A stretch of DNA of 63,638 nucleotides, the filler included, from Folioceros fuciformis (lineage: Eukaryota), in the NCBI GenBank assembly GCA_049999805.1. It is 4 parts of 3 records of this genome, joined end to end, with 100 filler letters (N's around TTAATTAATTAA, not from the genome) between each part and the next. Parts side by side here need not be neighbours in the genome. Positions count along the whole stretch, not along the records: positions 1 to 27,780 come from JBNGIO010006187.1; positions 27,881 to 49,377 come from JBNGIO010006191.1; 2 more parts are not named here. One strand, 5' to 3'. The position numbers were made by a program, and so were the translations under genes. This document shows positions 14,603 to 28,193 of this stretch, piece by piece. Below the pieces are notes generated by a model. It was given only the letters and a program-made list of their open reading frames with translations, was not told where the DNA came from and searched no databases. Each line of letters starts with the position of its first letter. Within the stretch, counting starts at the first letter, position 1.

Positions 14603-15462
14603 AAAGCCTTGCCAAGAGAGGGTCTACCTCTTTCTAAAGGTAGTAAGTAAGTATTGGCTTAAAGTGTAGACTAGCTCATGTTGGCCTATTAGTGCACATA
14701 AGTGAACTTGCAAGAAATGTTGGGTTTTGAATTTGAAATTCAAATTTTGGACTCTAGATACCTTCAAGATTGCAATGCAATTCTAGTGGCTCCTACAAGT
14801 TGAAGGTTGTCCCACAAGTTTTGTGATATATTGAAAGAATTGGCAAGACACTCGTAGCAAATAATGAAAAGTGAGTCAACTATGTTTGTCCTCCAAAGAG
14901 GTCTCACCTTGTTTGTTATAGATTGCTTGAGCTAATCTCTTGGCAAGGTTTCTTTTTGCATTTCACACTTCAAGCTTGGGCTCCATCCGTTTGGCCTTCT
15001 TCCACATACCCTAGTCATTTAGGGGTCAATTAAATATCTATACCTTACAAACGTATATAACCTACCTTGTGTTGCTTACTTACGGTACTGAAGTCGACCG
15101 GGGGAAGAAATCTGTTTTATAAACTCGTTCACTAGCCCCACTTCACTGACTGTATCAGCCAGCCCTTGCCCTCGCGCTCTCTCTTTGGCTTCTGCAGATC
15201 TAAAAACTGTCGGCCCGGAAGCTACTGATCTTCTCTTCCCATCCCCTCCACCTGACATGTGGAGCGGGAGTCACTGTAGCCGCACGCCACCTCCCCTCTT
15301 ACACACATTGTGCGCGTGGTGAGGACGCTCAGGCTGGTTTTTCCCTGTCAGCTGCATCCGCTGCGACCCAAACACAATTTCTCGCCCCTTCCTTTCCTCT
15401 CCCTTCCTTTGCATCCAAGTGCTCAACCGTCTATGGGCTAGACATTGGGGTGGTGCCCTTTC

Positions 15463-18400
15463 ATGGGAGAAGACGACGAACAAGGGCTTCCACCTTCGAA
15501 GCGCTTGAGGCGTTCTTCGCTCCTGACAACGTACCCGCAGTTTGGCCCATCTCATCTTTCAGGAGCGGAGGACGCCAGCAGCACCCACATGGCAGCGCGC
15601 TTGGCCGCCGCAGATGGAGAGACTGTGGGCTCCAGAGGTCAGATAAGAAAGGTTGAGTTCGTGAGGATAATTACTCAGGCTCTTTACTCTCTGGGATACC
15701 ACAAGGCTGCAGTGATTCTTGAGGAGGAGTCCGGAATTCCCTTGCAGTCGTCCGTCGTGACCGATTTCCGTGACCAAATTCTTGCGGGTCGATGGGATCA
15801 AAGTGTGGGACTCCTGCAAAATGTTGGACCATTAGACCTATCTACTTCCAAGGCCGCCTCTTTTCTTATTTTACAGCAAAAGTTCCTGGAATCGCTGCAC
15901 ATGGGTGATATTGCTGGGGCCCTTAAGACATTGAGGACGGAAATATCGCCCCTAGATATCAACATTCAGCGAGTACATGAGCTTGCTAGTTGTGTAGTTT
16001 GTCCCTCCAGGGAGGAGCTGCTCCAGAAGGCTGGTTGGAGGGGTCCAGGTGCAGTCTCCAGGTCAGGCCTGCTCTGCGAACTTCAGGAGCTTTTGCCACC
16101 CTCTGTCATGATACCTGAGAAACGACTCGAGCATTTAGTGGAGCAAGCTCTCGAAGTCCAGAAGGAAGCTTGCACTTTTCACAACACCTCTGACAATGCT
16201 CTATCGCTATACGTAGATCATCGTTGTGGTCGTGATCAGATACCTACCCGGACTCTGCAGGTACTCTTCTAATTTACACTCCCGTGAGCATTCGTGTGGG
16301 GCAATATCTGACATAGCCGCTGTTTGTGTGTGGGGAGAGGGTCTATGGGTGTGTGATCAGTTTTGGCCAAGCGGCCAGTCCGCTACATAGTCTACTGTGG
16401 GCTTCACTCAGGTGTGCATTGCCAGCGAGTCTGTTGGGGGTGGGATGATGTGCATGTCAGCTAAGCTGTTCAGCGAATTTCGTACTCAACTCCACAGGGA
16501 TGCAACTCAACCCAGCTATCCTGATGTTTAGTTCCCTCTGCCAGCAGGCCCTTTCGTTATGTATTTAGGAGCACGGCAGTGTCTGCCATACTGCCGTGTA
16601 CGCGATTTACTGCAGGAGTGAGAAATTGTAAGCTGTTGTTGCAGTTTTCCTGTCTCAGGGGGTGCAAGAAATCAGAGCAGTGAGAAAGCGGAGGCCACTT
16701 GTACAATTTTTTTGTGCATGCCAATGTAGATTATCACAAGTCGCTTACCTAGGGCTTTCGTGCACTAGTTTCAACCCCCTTCCTGTAGCTTTCAAAGAGA
16801 AAGTACTCTTTGTTGGAGTGGGTGATCGTTTTGGGGAATGTGTCTTGCGTAGGAGAAACCGAATTTGTATTTCGCTTGCCTTTTGTACCTTTTAGTCAGC
16901 AAATTTTGTGCACTTGTGCAGTTGCGAGGTATTTTTTGGCTGATTTGGCAATCTTACGTGGTGGATCTCCTTCCAGGTTTTAGAAGTCCATGACGATGAA
17001 GTATGGTTTCTGCAATTTTCGCATGATGGAAGGCATCTTGCTTCAGCTTCAAAGGACTGCAATGCAATTATCTGGGAGGTTTGTATTCTTCTTGTTGTTC
17101 CTTGTACCTGCTGATGCTGCACATCTGGTTTACCGTTTGTCATGAGGGCACGAAAGTCTGGGTTGTATCCGCTGTGGGTAAGGATCCAGTTAGTGACACC
17201 GATATTGTAGATGGCTAGCTGACTGGTTGGTGGTATGTGCCGAAGTGCGGTGGGTCTGGACTACGTTTTGTGTCTGTGAGTTTGACATTGAAAGACAGGT
17301 GTAAACTGTGAACTGTGAACGGAATCTTACACAGGGTGGGTCCTCCCTGGTGACGTCTACGACTGGAACAGTTGTTGAATATTGTTGTGGAACTCCAAAG
17401 TCAAGCTGCATGCTTCTGCTGCACATTGCTCGACAGGAGACTCAATTGCTAATGGGACGCTATGTGATACGCAGGTTGTCGATGAAGCCTATGTGAAGTT
17501 GAAGCACACTCTAACGGGTCATAAGAAGCCTGTCTCGTTTGTGGCATGGAGCCCAGATGATAGTATGCTTCTCACATGCGGAAACGACGAGGTTTTAAAG
17601 TTGTGGAATGCGCAAACAGGAGAATGCAGACACACTTATGACAAGCCTAGTGGTTGTTTCGCTTCATGTGCATGGTTTCCAGATGGTCAAAGGTTTGTGT
17701 CCGGTGGAAATGACAAGTGCATCTACATGTGGGACTTAGAAGGGAAAGAATTGGAGTCTTGGAAGGGCATAAGGATGCCTCGCATCAATGATCTTGCCAT
17801 CACACTGGATGGCAATCACATGGTGAGCTTGTGTGGAGACTCTGACATTCGGATATATAATTTGAATGAAAAGACAGAACGAGTAATTCAAGAGGAAAAG
17901 TGTATTACTTCTTTATCGGTGTCAAAGGATGGGAGATACTTGCTGGTTAATGTTGTGAGTCAGGAAATCCACCTGTGGGACATTTCTGCCAACTCTAAGT
18001 CACCATTCAAGTACAAGGGACACAGGCAGGGGCGATACGTGATCAGGTCATGTTTTGGTGGATCGGACCATGCTTTTATCGTCAGTGGGAGTGAAGACTC
18101 CCAGGTTGGTCATCTAGGCTGCAATGAATTTTGCTCGTGTCTGGTTTCTCTGGGAGTTGTTGGGCTACACCTCGCTGTCCTATGACCGTCATCGTTTTTT
18201 TTTGCATTCACAGGTGTACATATGGCATCGGCGGAACGGGGAACTTCTCGAAGTGCTACCTGGTCACTCTGGCACTGTGAACTGTGTAAGCTGGAATCCT
18301 AGCAATCCTCACATGTTTGCATCTGCTAGTGACGATCATACTATACGAATTTGGGGTTTGGGCAGGACACCTCAAGCTCATGATGCAGACACCAGCAATG

Positions 18401-18468
18401 GCATAGGTCATCTAGTGAACGGTGGAACCAGTGATCTCATGGAGAATCTAAGACCCTTCGGATTATGA
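15463..18468 (+). CDS. WDR26: WD repeat-containing protein 26 homolog (LisH-CTLH-WD40; GID/CTLH complex subunit)
   Basis: LisH ([15 protein letters not shown]) and CTLH ([12 protein letters not shown]...[10 protein letters not shown]) domains, [14 protein letters not shown], and WD40 exons ([51 protein letters not shown]...[12 protein letters not shown]). Confidence 0.95.
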
Positions 18469-21400
18469 GCTACGAGGCCCGTCCCCCGCCCGTCGAACTC
18501 TGTTGTCCAGCTTCTCGGGTTCTGGTGTTGAGGTTTCCGTTGTAGTTGAAATGTGCAAGCTTATTGGGCAAGTTCAGGGACCCAAAGCTGTATAGGAGCT
18601 AATTGATGTATGTTTCAAATTGGTTTCACGTTACTCGTAGTGCTTCCTGTAGTTTCGTTGTAATAGTTGGGCACGTTGTTACATACTATATTACTTGGGG
18701 ACAGATGTCCACGTGAGCTGCCAGACACCTGACCTTCATGCGGGAGAGTTTCCAGTCGCAGCTTCACCAATAAAAAGATGGATGGAATGCCGGGGTTCGT
18801 GATGATTCCGTTGGTACATGACTTCGCAGCATGCACGGCGGCGTTCGGCTAGGGTAATGCAACTGCTGTGCTCCTCAGTTTGCAGTTCTCGTCAAGAGTC
18901 ATTCTTACATCCCTGTTTGTTGTGAAGGCGGCAAACGATTCGAAAAATGTGGATGATGGAGGAACAGGTAATCTGACTCGCAGAGCTAGGTTTTGGCTAG
19001 GGGTTTGCCATAGCTTCAAGCTCGCAATGAAAACAACGGGACCTGTGGTTTTTTGTGTTTACAGTGGTGGCGTGTTTTGCTAGTTTGTAAATGTCTCACC
19101 GTGTCATGAGTAATTTTTATATGTAACTGACCTCCTATTGGTCTGTTCTGTGTATTCAAGTAGAATTATTTGACACCTAGAAAAAAAATGATGCCATAGG
19201 ATTTTGCCATTGTGGTATGTTGGTCTTATCACTTTGTCTCTTCCTTGTACTTGTTTTCTTGGCCTAAGGTCACTTCCTAACATTTAGTAGCTTTTCTTGG
19301 CCTAAGGTCACTTCCTAACATTTAGTAGCTGCCTTTTTCCTTTGGCTCATTTTTGGGTTGTATACTTCAAGTGTTCCTTATAATGAAAGGGTAATTTTTA
19401 ATTTAATTTATTCTTTTTTTAATTGGAGGGTTTTTAATCTAAGGAGGTAATCTTGATGCTAAATTCTATGGGCTCTTAACAGTCGCTCATCCTGGTCTAA
19501 CCTCTTCTTCAGGTGAAGGAGCAAGTTTATAATCAAAGTGAGTTCATAATTGTTTGCCTAACCTTGCATCAAGGTTTTTCCAAATCACACAAACCTCGAT
19601 TTTTATCGTTTGCACAATCTTATTTTTCATCATTTATATTAATTTTATTTTTTACTATAATAAGATTTTGTTTACACATGGTATAGTCTTTGGCCTATCC
19701 TCCCTAGGTTTGTACCTCTCTGGAGGCTTGCAACGACTGGAATGACTTAAACTTTTAAGTTGTGGAATGACTTAAAAACTTTCTTTGTTTGTTACATTGT
19801 ATGTGGCAACATGTTACTACATACGCGAATAACGATATAGTGGCATTTACTGAAGTGAAAGGTCTCTTTCCTTTCCTTGTGGCATTTACTGAAGTGAAAG
19901 GTCTCTTTCCTTTCCTTGCATAGAGAGTCTTTACAATACTCCACCCCAAGGCGTGTGTTCTGTAAGGGTTGACTCTTGTCTTGCTAAGGAAATGAATTTT
20001 CTATTGCAAATATAGTTCACTTATCAACCTAGAGATTAGAGTAATGAACACATCACCCTTAATCCTCCTCCATTGCCCTATAATGACAAGTCTCTACAAA
20101 ACAAGATAGCAAAGCTCTTAGTACAAGATAGCAAAGCTCTTAGTCCAGGCCTAGAAGAGATCTAGGCATGAAGATGAGTGCGTTTGGATTTAGTGTTTGT
20201 TTTTCGATATTACTATTCAATCCATGTTTATTTATCATTATAATCTATTTTCACACCATCCTATAGAGCTCGTTAAGCTCTATAAGGATGAAAAGTGTTT
20301 TTATCTTCTTTGCAAAGTGATTGTACTATTGATGGCAAATTTGCAAGGGCATTTAGTCCAATTCTGTACATAATTATGGTACGATTTTGCAACCATCTTG
20401 AAGAGCTTCTCAAGGGCTATTAGATGGTCCTAGGAATCACCTACTTTGCTAGGAATTTCGTACATGAGGTACCTTGATTTTAAAAAGAGTTGGCAAACTA
20501 TCATAGGAATTCATTCTTATTTTATGCATCCTTTGATTATCTTTGCACCATCTTGTAGAACTCACCAAGTTCTATAAGGAGGTATTCTTTTTCTATCTGA
20601 ACAATGTTTGTATCGCACGCCAAGGGATGCTAGAGTTTGGATCAAAAGATTAAAAATATGCGTTCAATTGTCAATGCGATTTCGTCTTTTGTTTTGTCTT
20701 GGTTTGCACGCCAAGGGATGCTAGAGTTTGGATCAAAAGATTAAAAATTTGCGTTCAATTGTCAATGCGATTTCGTCTTTTGTTTTGTCTTGGTTTGCNN
20801 NNNNNNNNNNNNNNNNNNNNNNNNNNNNNNNNNNNNNNNNNNNNNNNNNNNNNNNNNNNNNNNNNNNNNNNNNNNNNNNNNNNNNNNNNNNNNNNNNNGT
20901 CTTGGTTTGCGCCAAAGTTGAAGAAGAGCTTGGTATTGAATGTTTGCTAAGGGCTTTGAAGGCATCCTCACCCGCACTTGTCAAGGTTACTAGTTTGTCA
21001 TGTGGTAAGGGAAACTTATTTAAATATTATTGTAATAGATTCAATTTTTCAACCAAATTAAAAAAACTATGCTACACAAAATAAACAGCTACTATCTTCA
21101 CAACATCTTGCACATGGACTTTAAGGTTTTTAAGGATGCTCCACCTTCAGCAAGAAGAATGCATTCTCAATAATCACTCTTCCAGAGCAGAACCATAAAT
21201 TGAAGCCCATTTGTAGGTGTCTTGAAACTCTTCATGAGAAAAGGTCACAAGGAATATGTGGAATCACAAATTATGTATGAAGAAAGAGGTACTATCTCAG
21301 CTTGAATAATCAATCTTAAGAATACGACATCATTTGAACCTCCTTAGCTGTATGCACACTTGACCATAAACATCTTTCAATTATTACATACAACTTGAAG

Positions 21401-22052
21401 CACCATACAATGCATGTTGTACAACTTGCAATGATAAGGCTAACGAAGTGTTGCTGAAGTGTACTACTTAAGTAGCTCACTTGCAAACTTGATGAAAAAT
21501 CCATCTATAACACCAACAATCACCAACAATGTTAGGCAATAAGGTCCACTCCTCAAAAGCTTATGATATCTCAATCTGCCATTAAGCTGATGGAATAGTC
21601 ACAAATGTAGAACATAATTAAGCTGATGAAATAGTCACAAATATAGAATATAATTAAACTGATGAAATAGTCATAAATGTAGAATATAATTTTGCAGTAT
21701 TGCTTAAGATCGAAACTACATAAGGGGTGAAGCTTAACTAAGTCCTAAAGTTAACAGGAACCAAAGCCTTTCATAGGAAATATAGCCTTTGCATAGGAAA
21801 CATAACCTTGGCATAGGAAGCATGACCTCTACACATGATACATAGTCTTCACACATATAAAATGTCAAATAATGTACTTATCCCGTTGGAATGGTAAGCT
21901 TTCACGGAACGGAGAATGTTTACGGAGATTGCCTGTCAGGAGATAGGCGATCCGTTTCAATAGTGGTAATTTCCCGATCAGGAATTTGAGGGGCAAACAC
22001 TTGCCTCCGGAGCTCGACGAAGGGGGTCTGCTTGAAGGTCGAGTTGGACGTG

Positions 22053-25000
22053 ATGGGGAGTCAGGTGGTGGAGGAGAAAGTGTTGACTTACCTCAAGTCC
22101 AATTCCGAAATCCCAAACTCTGAGGTCTGGGCGGAGGAGGAAGGTATAGATCATGCCGCTCTTGCGGATGTGATCAGAAGCTTGAACGGGTTTAGCTTCG
22201 TTGAGGTGCAGGTAAGATTGGCCAGAAGTGCAACGCACTGACTTCTTTGGGCTGGTTCTAAGCAGCTGCTAAACCTCGGGCGGGGTTTTGGGCAGGACAT
22301 TGAGAAGAAGACATGGGTGTTGACCTCTGAGGGAGCTGATTACGCTGTGAATGGATCTCCGGAGTATCAGGTGTTCGCTGCTGTTCCTGAGGAAGGCTTA
22401 TCTCGGAATGACTTACAGGTATGCTGGTATTCGAATGTTGCAACTTTCGTGGTACTGGAATGCTTTGGTGCTTTCAAGCATTCATGATACGAGCCGCACT
22501 TTGCATGTATGCAGGAGCGAGTCGGTGCTGCGGTGTTTAAGATTGGATTTAATAAGGCTATGGCCAGCAAATGGCTGGAGGCNNNNNNNNNNTTTAAGAT
22601 TGGATTTAATAAGGCTATGGCCAGCAAATGGCTGGAGGCTAAACCTAAAGTTTCGCGGAAGGTCTTGGCAAAATCATTGACCTGTTTCGAACGCATCTAT
22701 GGCACTTTCCCTAGATTTTGAACCTCACCATGCATTCAATGACCAGGTTGTTGAAGTGGAGGATGTTGTCCAGCGGCAGCTTGTCGCTGTAAAGAATGGC
22801 GAGGTAAAGGATAGCTCTGCATATTGTCCCCATCATCATGGTCTAGATCGCTGTCTTACGTGTTGTGACTCTGGAGCCGGAAAATGGGGCTGATCGGGGT
22901 TTTTGAGATGTTGAGATCGTAGAAGTAAATGGTCACCACGTCGTAGTAATTCTGATCTGTTGCCACCTTGAAGATGAACTTAATTGTCGACTTGTCTCCA
23001 TCAGGTGAAAGCAGTTTCTGATGCAGATATCGTAGAATTGAAGAAGAGGAAGTTGATTGAACTTAGGTACTGATGCCGTAGAATCCTGGTGTGCTGTGTA
23101 CTGTGGATTCAGCGGCATCTGCAATTTGCTCTTGCTGCGTTGTGCGCTGCCACTCCTTGACTAAGGTGGTCAACGACTGGATCTGGTCATGCAGAATCTC
23201 CAAGTGCTACTCACTGCAGAAAGGTATTAAGTATGCACCAGTGAGGCAGAAGTTTGCGACTGATTTGACCCGCGATATGCTGCACAGGTAGATTCTGTTG
23301 TTTTGCAACTTTCCCAAGTTGTCCCATTGCTATCATCCACAGCCAGATCATTTTCGTTCTTCAGATGGTGAAGAGGGTATTTGTTGTGCGCAGTAATCAG
23401 TGGCAAAACGTGGAGTTCAAACCTTACAACCTGAACGCATTGGGTCAACCTACGGATGGTGGGCATTTGCACCCACTATTGAAGGTGTGGCCTTCTGCAC
23501 CTCCTGGAAGACTCATCTCATCCATCTTAGGATGAAACCACCGTGTCTTGTCTGGGAACCTGTTGACGTAGCTTTACTCAGTGTGCAGGCTGTCATGTGT
23601 CCAATGGCTTTCCTACGTCAACTGTTGCTCTGGGTGTTGACTGATGTTTTCATTTCTGACATGGCAGGTGAGGGCTCAGTTCCGGCAAATATTTCTCGAA
23701 ATGGGGTATGTAGTCATAGAAACAAGTTACTGATAAAGAATATTGCACGTGTTCATTTCAATGTGTCCACTGCTTGATGAGATACCATTCATGACTTCTC
23801 ATACCGTGCAAACATGCATAGGTTCGAAGAGATGCCCACCAATAATTTTGTGGAGAGCAGGTATTTAATCATGAAGCCTGTCGTCTGTGCCCTCAGCCTG
23901 TGAATGGAACTTATTGAAGGAGCCTCACTGTTTCTTGCATTCAAGCAGTTAGATTTTGCTTCAAGATGTCTAATGTGGTCATTCAGATTGCAGTTTTTGG
24001 AATTTTGATGCTCTGTTTCAGCCACAGCAGCATCCAGCTCGAGATTCCCATGATACCTTCTTCTTGAAAGGTTTATGACCCACGTGTCTTATTTGTGACT
24101 TGTTCTATTTCCTATGCAGGCTATCTGATCTTTGTCTTTGAACCGCAGAGCCAGCAAAGGCTCGGACGTTCCCTGAGGAGTACTTGCAGAGAGTGAAGAT
24201 AATGCATGAATCAGGAGGGCATGGATCCATGGGGTATGTATGCCTTCAAGCATGCACGCTGCCCAGGTCTCTGGCTTGCTCGATGATGCATTGAACTGAG
24301 TTCACTGAAACAGTTACAACTATGACTGGAAGAGGGACGAGGCAGAGAAGAATTTGTTGCGGACACACACCACTGCTGTATCTTCCCGAATGCTCTACAA
24401 ACTTGCCCAGGTACTTAAAGTGCTGATTTTAAGGTGACTCTCTTGGGGTACTGCATCTGCTGAGGATATGGATGCACGTGATGTCAGAAAGAGTTTGTAC
24501 CCAAAAGATACTTTTCGATAGATCGCGTTTTCCGGAATGAAGCTGTGGATCGCACTCATCTGGCTGAATTTCACCAAATTGAAGGCGAGTAGAAGGTCTT
24601 GTTCCTTGATTTTTCTCTCGAATTAGGGTGCTTCTCTGCGCGTATCTCTTCCAAATCGGCAAGGATAAACATTTGAAAGAGTATTTCTCTTATGGATTTG
24701 CAGGACTCATTTGCGACAGAGGTCTTACTCTGGGTGACTTGATTGGCGTCCTCAACGAGTTTTTTTCTCGACTTGGTGAGTCAAAGCTCTCTGTTGCCTG
24801 ATTCCCAAACCATTGGAGATGAAACTGCCATGGCACGATGCACCCGTGTACAACTACTGAGGCAGTTGCTCGTTGACTGCAATCCTGCGTAGGCATAAAA
24901 GAGCTTCGTTTCAAGCCAGCCTACAATCCTTACACGGAACCTAGCATGGAGATTTTCAGGTTGCTTTGTGTATTCAGCTAAATGAATGTTGAGTGTTTGT

Positions 25001-25480
25001 CCAATTGTTGATCCGATTCTCATGCCTTGTGCTGTACCGGCTGACCAGCTACCATGACGGGCTGAAGAAGTGGGTTGAGGTTGGCAATTCGGGCATGTTT
25101 AGACCAGAGATGCTTTTGCCCATGTGCCTTCCGGAGGATGTATCTGTTATTGCTTGGGGCTTGTCTCTGGAGAGGTCAGTTCCCCGTCACCGAAACGCGT
25201 GCTCGCACTGAAGTACGTTCACTTCTATGATGTGTAATTAACTAAGCTCCTGCTGTTTGCAGACCCACCATGATTTTGTACCACATCGATAACATTCGTG
25301 ACCTGTTTGGACACAAGGTGAATGAAGTCAACTTTGTTCACGAAATATAATCAGGATTTGATTACTGTGTGTCTGACTCCAGTCTCCTGTTGTCTGCAGG
25401 TGGATTTGAAACTCATCAAGAGCAACCCAGTTTGTCGTCTGGGCATACAGTTTGAGAGCGCTGAAAGTGCTGCTGTTTGA
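22053..25480 (+). CDS. FARSA: Cytosolic phenylalanine--tRNA ligase alpha subunit, many short exons
   Basis: Exons encode [53 protein letters not shown] motif 2, [42 protein letters not shown] and C-terminal [11 protein letters not shown] 10-N gap with duplicated flanks lies at 22583-22592. Confidence 0.96.
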
Positions 25481-25949
25481 CGTTCTGGGGACCTCGAATC
25501 GCTCACCGCGTTGCACTAATCAGGCCATTGAAGGACCAATTTTGTCCAGGGTTACCATATTTCTATTCATTTTTACGCAGTCGAAGACTCATGACATCAG
25601 ATTCTTATTGAATTGCTTTCTTCATAGAACATCGGCATTGCGAGGAAGAAAACACAATAAGCGGTCACGAACGAGATACTGTGCTAAGTAGCGGATTACT
25701 TGTCCAATTTGTGAACTCCATGAACAATCAAATGATATTGCCGTGCACACGCCAATTAATTCACGTTCTAACTCAATGCCAACCAGAGAAAGAAGGCGTC
25801 GTCGGCGGTACAAAGATTAAGTGCGGGATCCATAACTACACCACGTTTGTGATGGCAGCTGCATCCGACGTCGGCAACATGGAGACGTACACAGCGTAGA
25901 CTTGGAGTACAGTAGGGATCGTTCAAGTGTGCAGATCGCTGAAACCCGC

Positions 25950-26831
25950 ATGTCCATGGCGCCATCTTTGACGCCCTCTGCAGGTATGTCATGTCTGTCG
26001 TCCTTGTGCGTGGCAATTTGCTTGGAGTCCGAATGAGTTCCTGAAAGTGCACATTGGGGTATGGTGAGGTGAAGCGGGATGCTCAAGCACAACGTCCATT
26101 AGGCTTGCCTTGGAGCAATGTAGAGAACTGCATACATATTGGTTCTCTTCCCAGCTAGCAACCAGACCTGGAGTCGTGCTCTCGCCCCGTTGCTCGAGCC
26201 AGATGCTGCGTCTAGGGTTGGGGATGGGGCTCTCCGGCGGCCTGCAATCTTTGCCGAACTGATTGCCATGCTTTGTGAGGCAGAGGAAGAAGGCCCTCAG
26301 CTAGGACTGGTCACAGCGGAGCTCCTGTACACTCACATCTCGGATGCCCCCAGCCACGCAAGCGATGAAGATCCCTCGGGCTCTGATGGCTACGAGCCTC
26401 TGGAGAGCGGGGCTGTGGGCTACGGGGCTACTGCAGTTGTGAGCAGCCAGCCTCTGCCGGGAGGTAGAGTGATCAGTGTGAATGGCATGGACTTTCACGT
26501 GTATGGCAATGCGAGCGGGTTGGAGCTCCTGGACCAGGCTGGCAACCATGACGAGTCCCTTTTTGTGGACAGTGAAGATGAACAAGAGGAGGAGCGAAAG
26601 AGAAATGAGGCTGAAAGGGCAATTCAGGAGGCTGATCGTGCAGATGCTGCAAGAAGGTCTGCCCCCCTCCCTCCTGAACGTTGTAGGGCTATCGTTGATG
26701 CCATGAGGGGAATTACTTTGGGTGGGATTAGCCCTGATTGGGATCGATCTCTTCCTGAAGAGCAGTGGTTGAGTCTGTTGCCAAGCAGGGGACATCCTGG
26801 AGATGGTAATCGGCCTCAAGGTTCCACCTGA
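25950..26831 (+). CDS. MEA1 (male-enhanced antigen 1)-like acidic protein
   Basis: Short first exon (ATG 25950 or 25956) splices in frame via a GT-AG intron at 25984-26154. Acidic middle; C-terminal RRSAPLPPERCRAIVDAMRGITLGG..PDW...LPEEQW resembles plant MEA1-family proteins. Confidence 0.7.
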
Positions 26832-27684
26832 TTGGGATCTATTAGTGGTTTGGGTTGATTGCCAAGTCGGTGAAAGGCTCCCCATCGAATGCTGGACTGA
26901 GTACCTGTTAGCGTGAGTGCTAGAATGCATGGCTTGTGAAACTGCGGTTCACCTAGGTCGTTCAATACCAAGTCTTTCAGGCTGTGTCGAATCGCAATCT
27001 CAAATCTTTTAAGCTCTGTAGAATTGCAATCCAAACTTGAGGCTAGTTTATGTCTGTGTGAGTGTACGCAACATCAGTCCTTCCAACAGTTTAAGGCGAC
27101 AATTATGACCACGACTCCAGGCCTTTAAACGGTGAGGGACAAACTTGAAACATCAACAATAGGCCTCAAGGGTCCTCAAGGGGCTGCAAGTTGTCCCTCC
27201 ACTAATGCTGGTGTCTGAAAGTTGTCCCTCCACCTAATCCTGGTGTACGCAAGTTGTCCTTCCAGCCCACCTAGTGCTGATGTCTCCAAGGAATGACTCT
27301 CGAGGACTACGGCGTACTTGGAGGTTCGAGTTAATGTAGATGGGCCCTTGGAACTTACATGGAATTTAGAGTTAATGTGGATAGCGCCTTGGAAGAAGCC
27401 ATGTGTGGCAGGACACATTTTGTTCTGGGGTATCTTTCCGGATGTGCTTCCAGTTTTCCCTGTTTAAGGCTGTCCATTTCGGTGTAATTTCAGGTTGTCC
27501 CCTTTAGTGCAATTTCAGGTTGTTGGTGCAACCAACCCGACCATTTATCATCTCAATCATGCGAGCTCCTCCTGGGCTCTGACCGCCTGTGGGCGGTGTA
27601 CAGCGATTGTTCTTTCAGGTTTGGGGTTTAGCATCCATTGGCATGCAGGTAGGTTTGGGGTTTAGCATTGTGCGACCTACGATC

Positions 27685-28030
27685 TGGTTTGCATTGTCTA
27701 GGTTTTGGATCGGGCTTGCACTGTCTAGGTTTCGGATCGGGCTTGCACTGTCTAGGTTTCGGATCGGGCTTGCACTGTCTNNNNNNNNNNNNNNNNNNNN
27801 NNNNNNNNNNNNNNNNNNNNNNNNTTAATTAATTAANNNNNNNNNNNNNNNNNNNNNNNNNNNNNNNNNNNNNNNNNNNNGAATCAATCTGGTCGCGAGG
27901 CGCTGGGATCAATCCAAAGCCGCGGGCGCCGAATCAATCCGACCAAGAGGTGCTGAGATCAATCCAAAGCCGCGAGCACCGAATCAATCCGGCCGCGAGG
28001 CGTTGGGATCAATCCTAAGCCGCGGGCAGC
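27685..28030. repeat. Short tandem repeats flanking a scaffold gap (27-bp unit on the left, about 50-bp composite unit on the right)
   Basis: gggcttgcactgtctaggtttcggatc repeated before the gap; gaatcaatcc...gatcaatccaaagccgcg repeated after it. Confidence 0.8.
27781..27880. other. Artificial scaffold linker (N44-TTAATTAATTAA-N44)
   Basis: 100-bp gap with a six-frame-stop 12-mer; the same construct occurs at 49378-49477 and 61911-62010. Confidence 0.95.
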
Positions 28031-28193
28031 CAAATTTTGATCGGAGATTGGGACACTCCAGTTGTGAGCAGTCGAGGTCTACAAATTGTGGACAGCCAAT
28101 TCGGAACAAGGCGTGAGGGTAACTATCAAAATCTACATTACATTCCTACCGTTTTCAACTAGGCTTTTGCTTGATTTGCATCGATTTTGAATC

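Noticed and set aside
20615-20912. About 90-bp duplication and ORFs spanning N run
   Set aside because: The duplication abuts an assembly gap and the ORFs are open only because of Ns; likely an artefact or TE debris.
19100-21900. Possible hAT-like transposase remnants in the AT-rich spacer
   Set aside because: Only vague motif resemblance and small tandem duplications; no TIRs or convincing catalytic motifs could be read.
22536-22640. Apparent duplicated exon segment in PheRS
   Set aside because: Identical sequence flanks a 10-N gap, typical of overlapping contig ends rather than biology.
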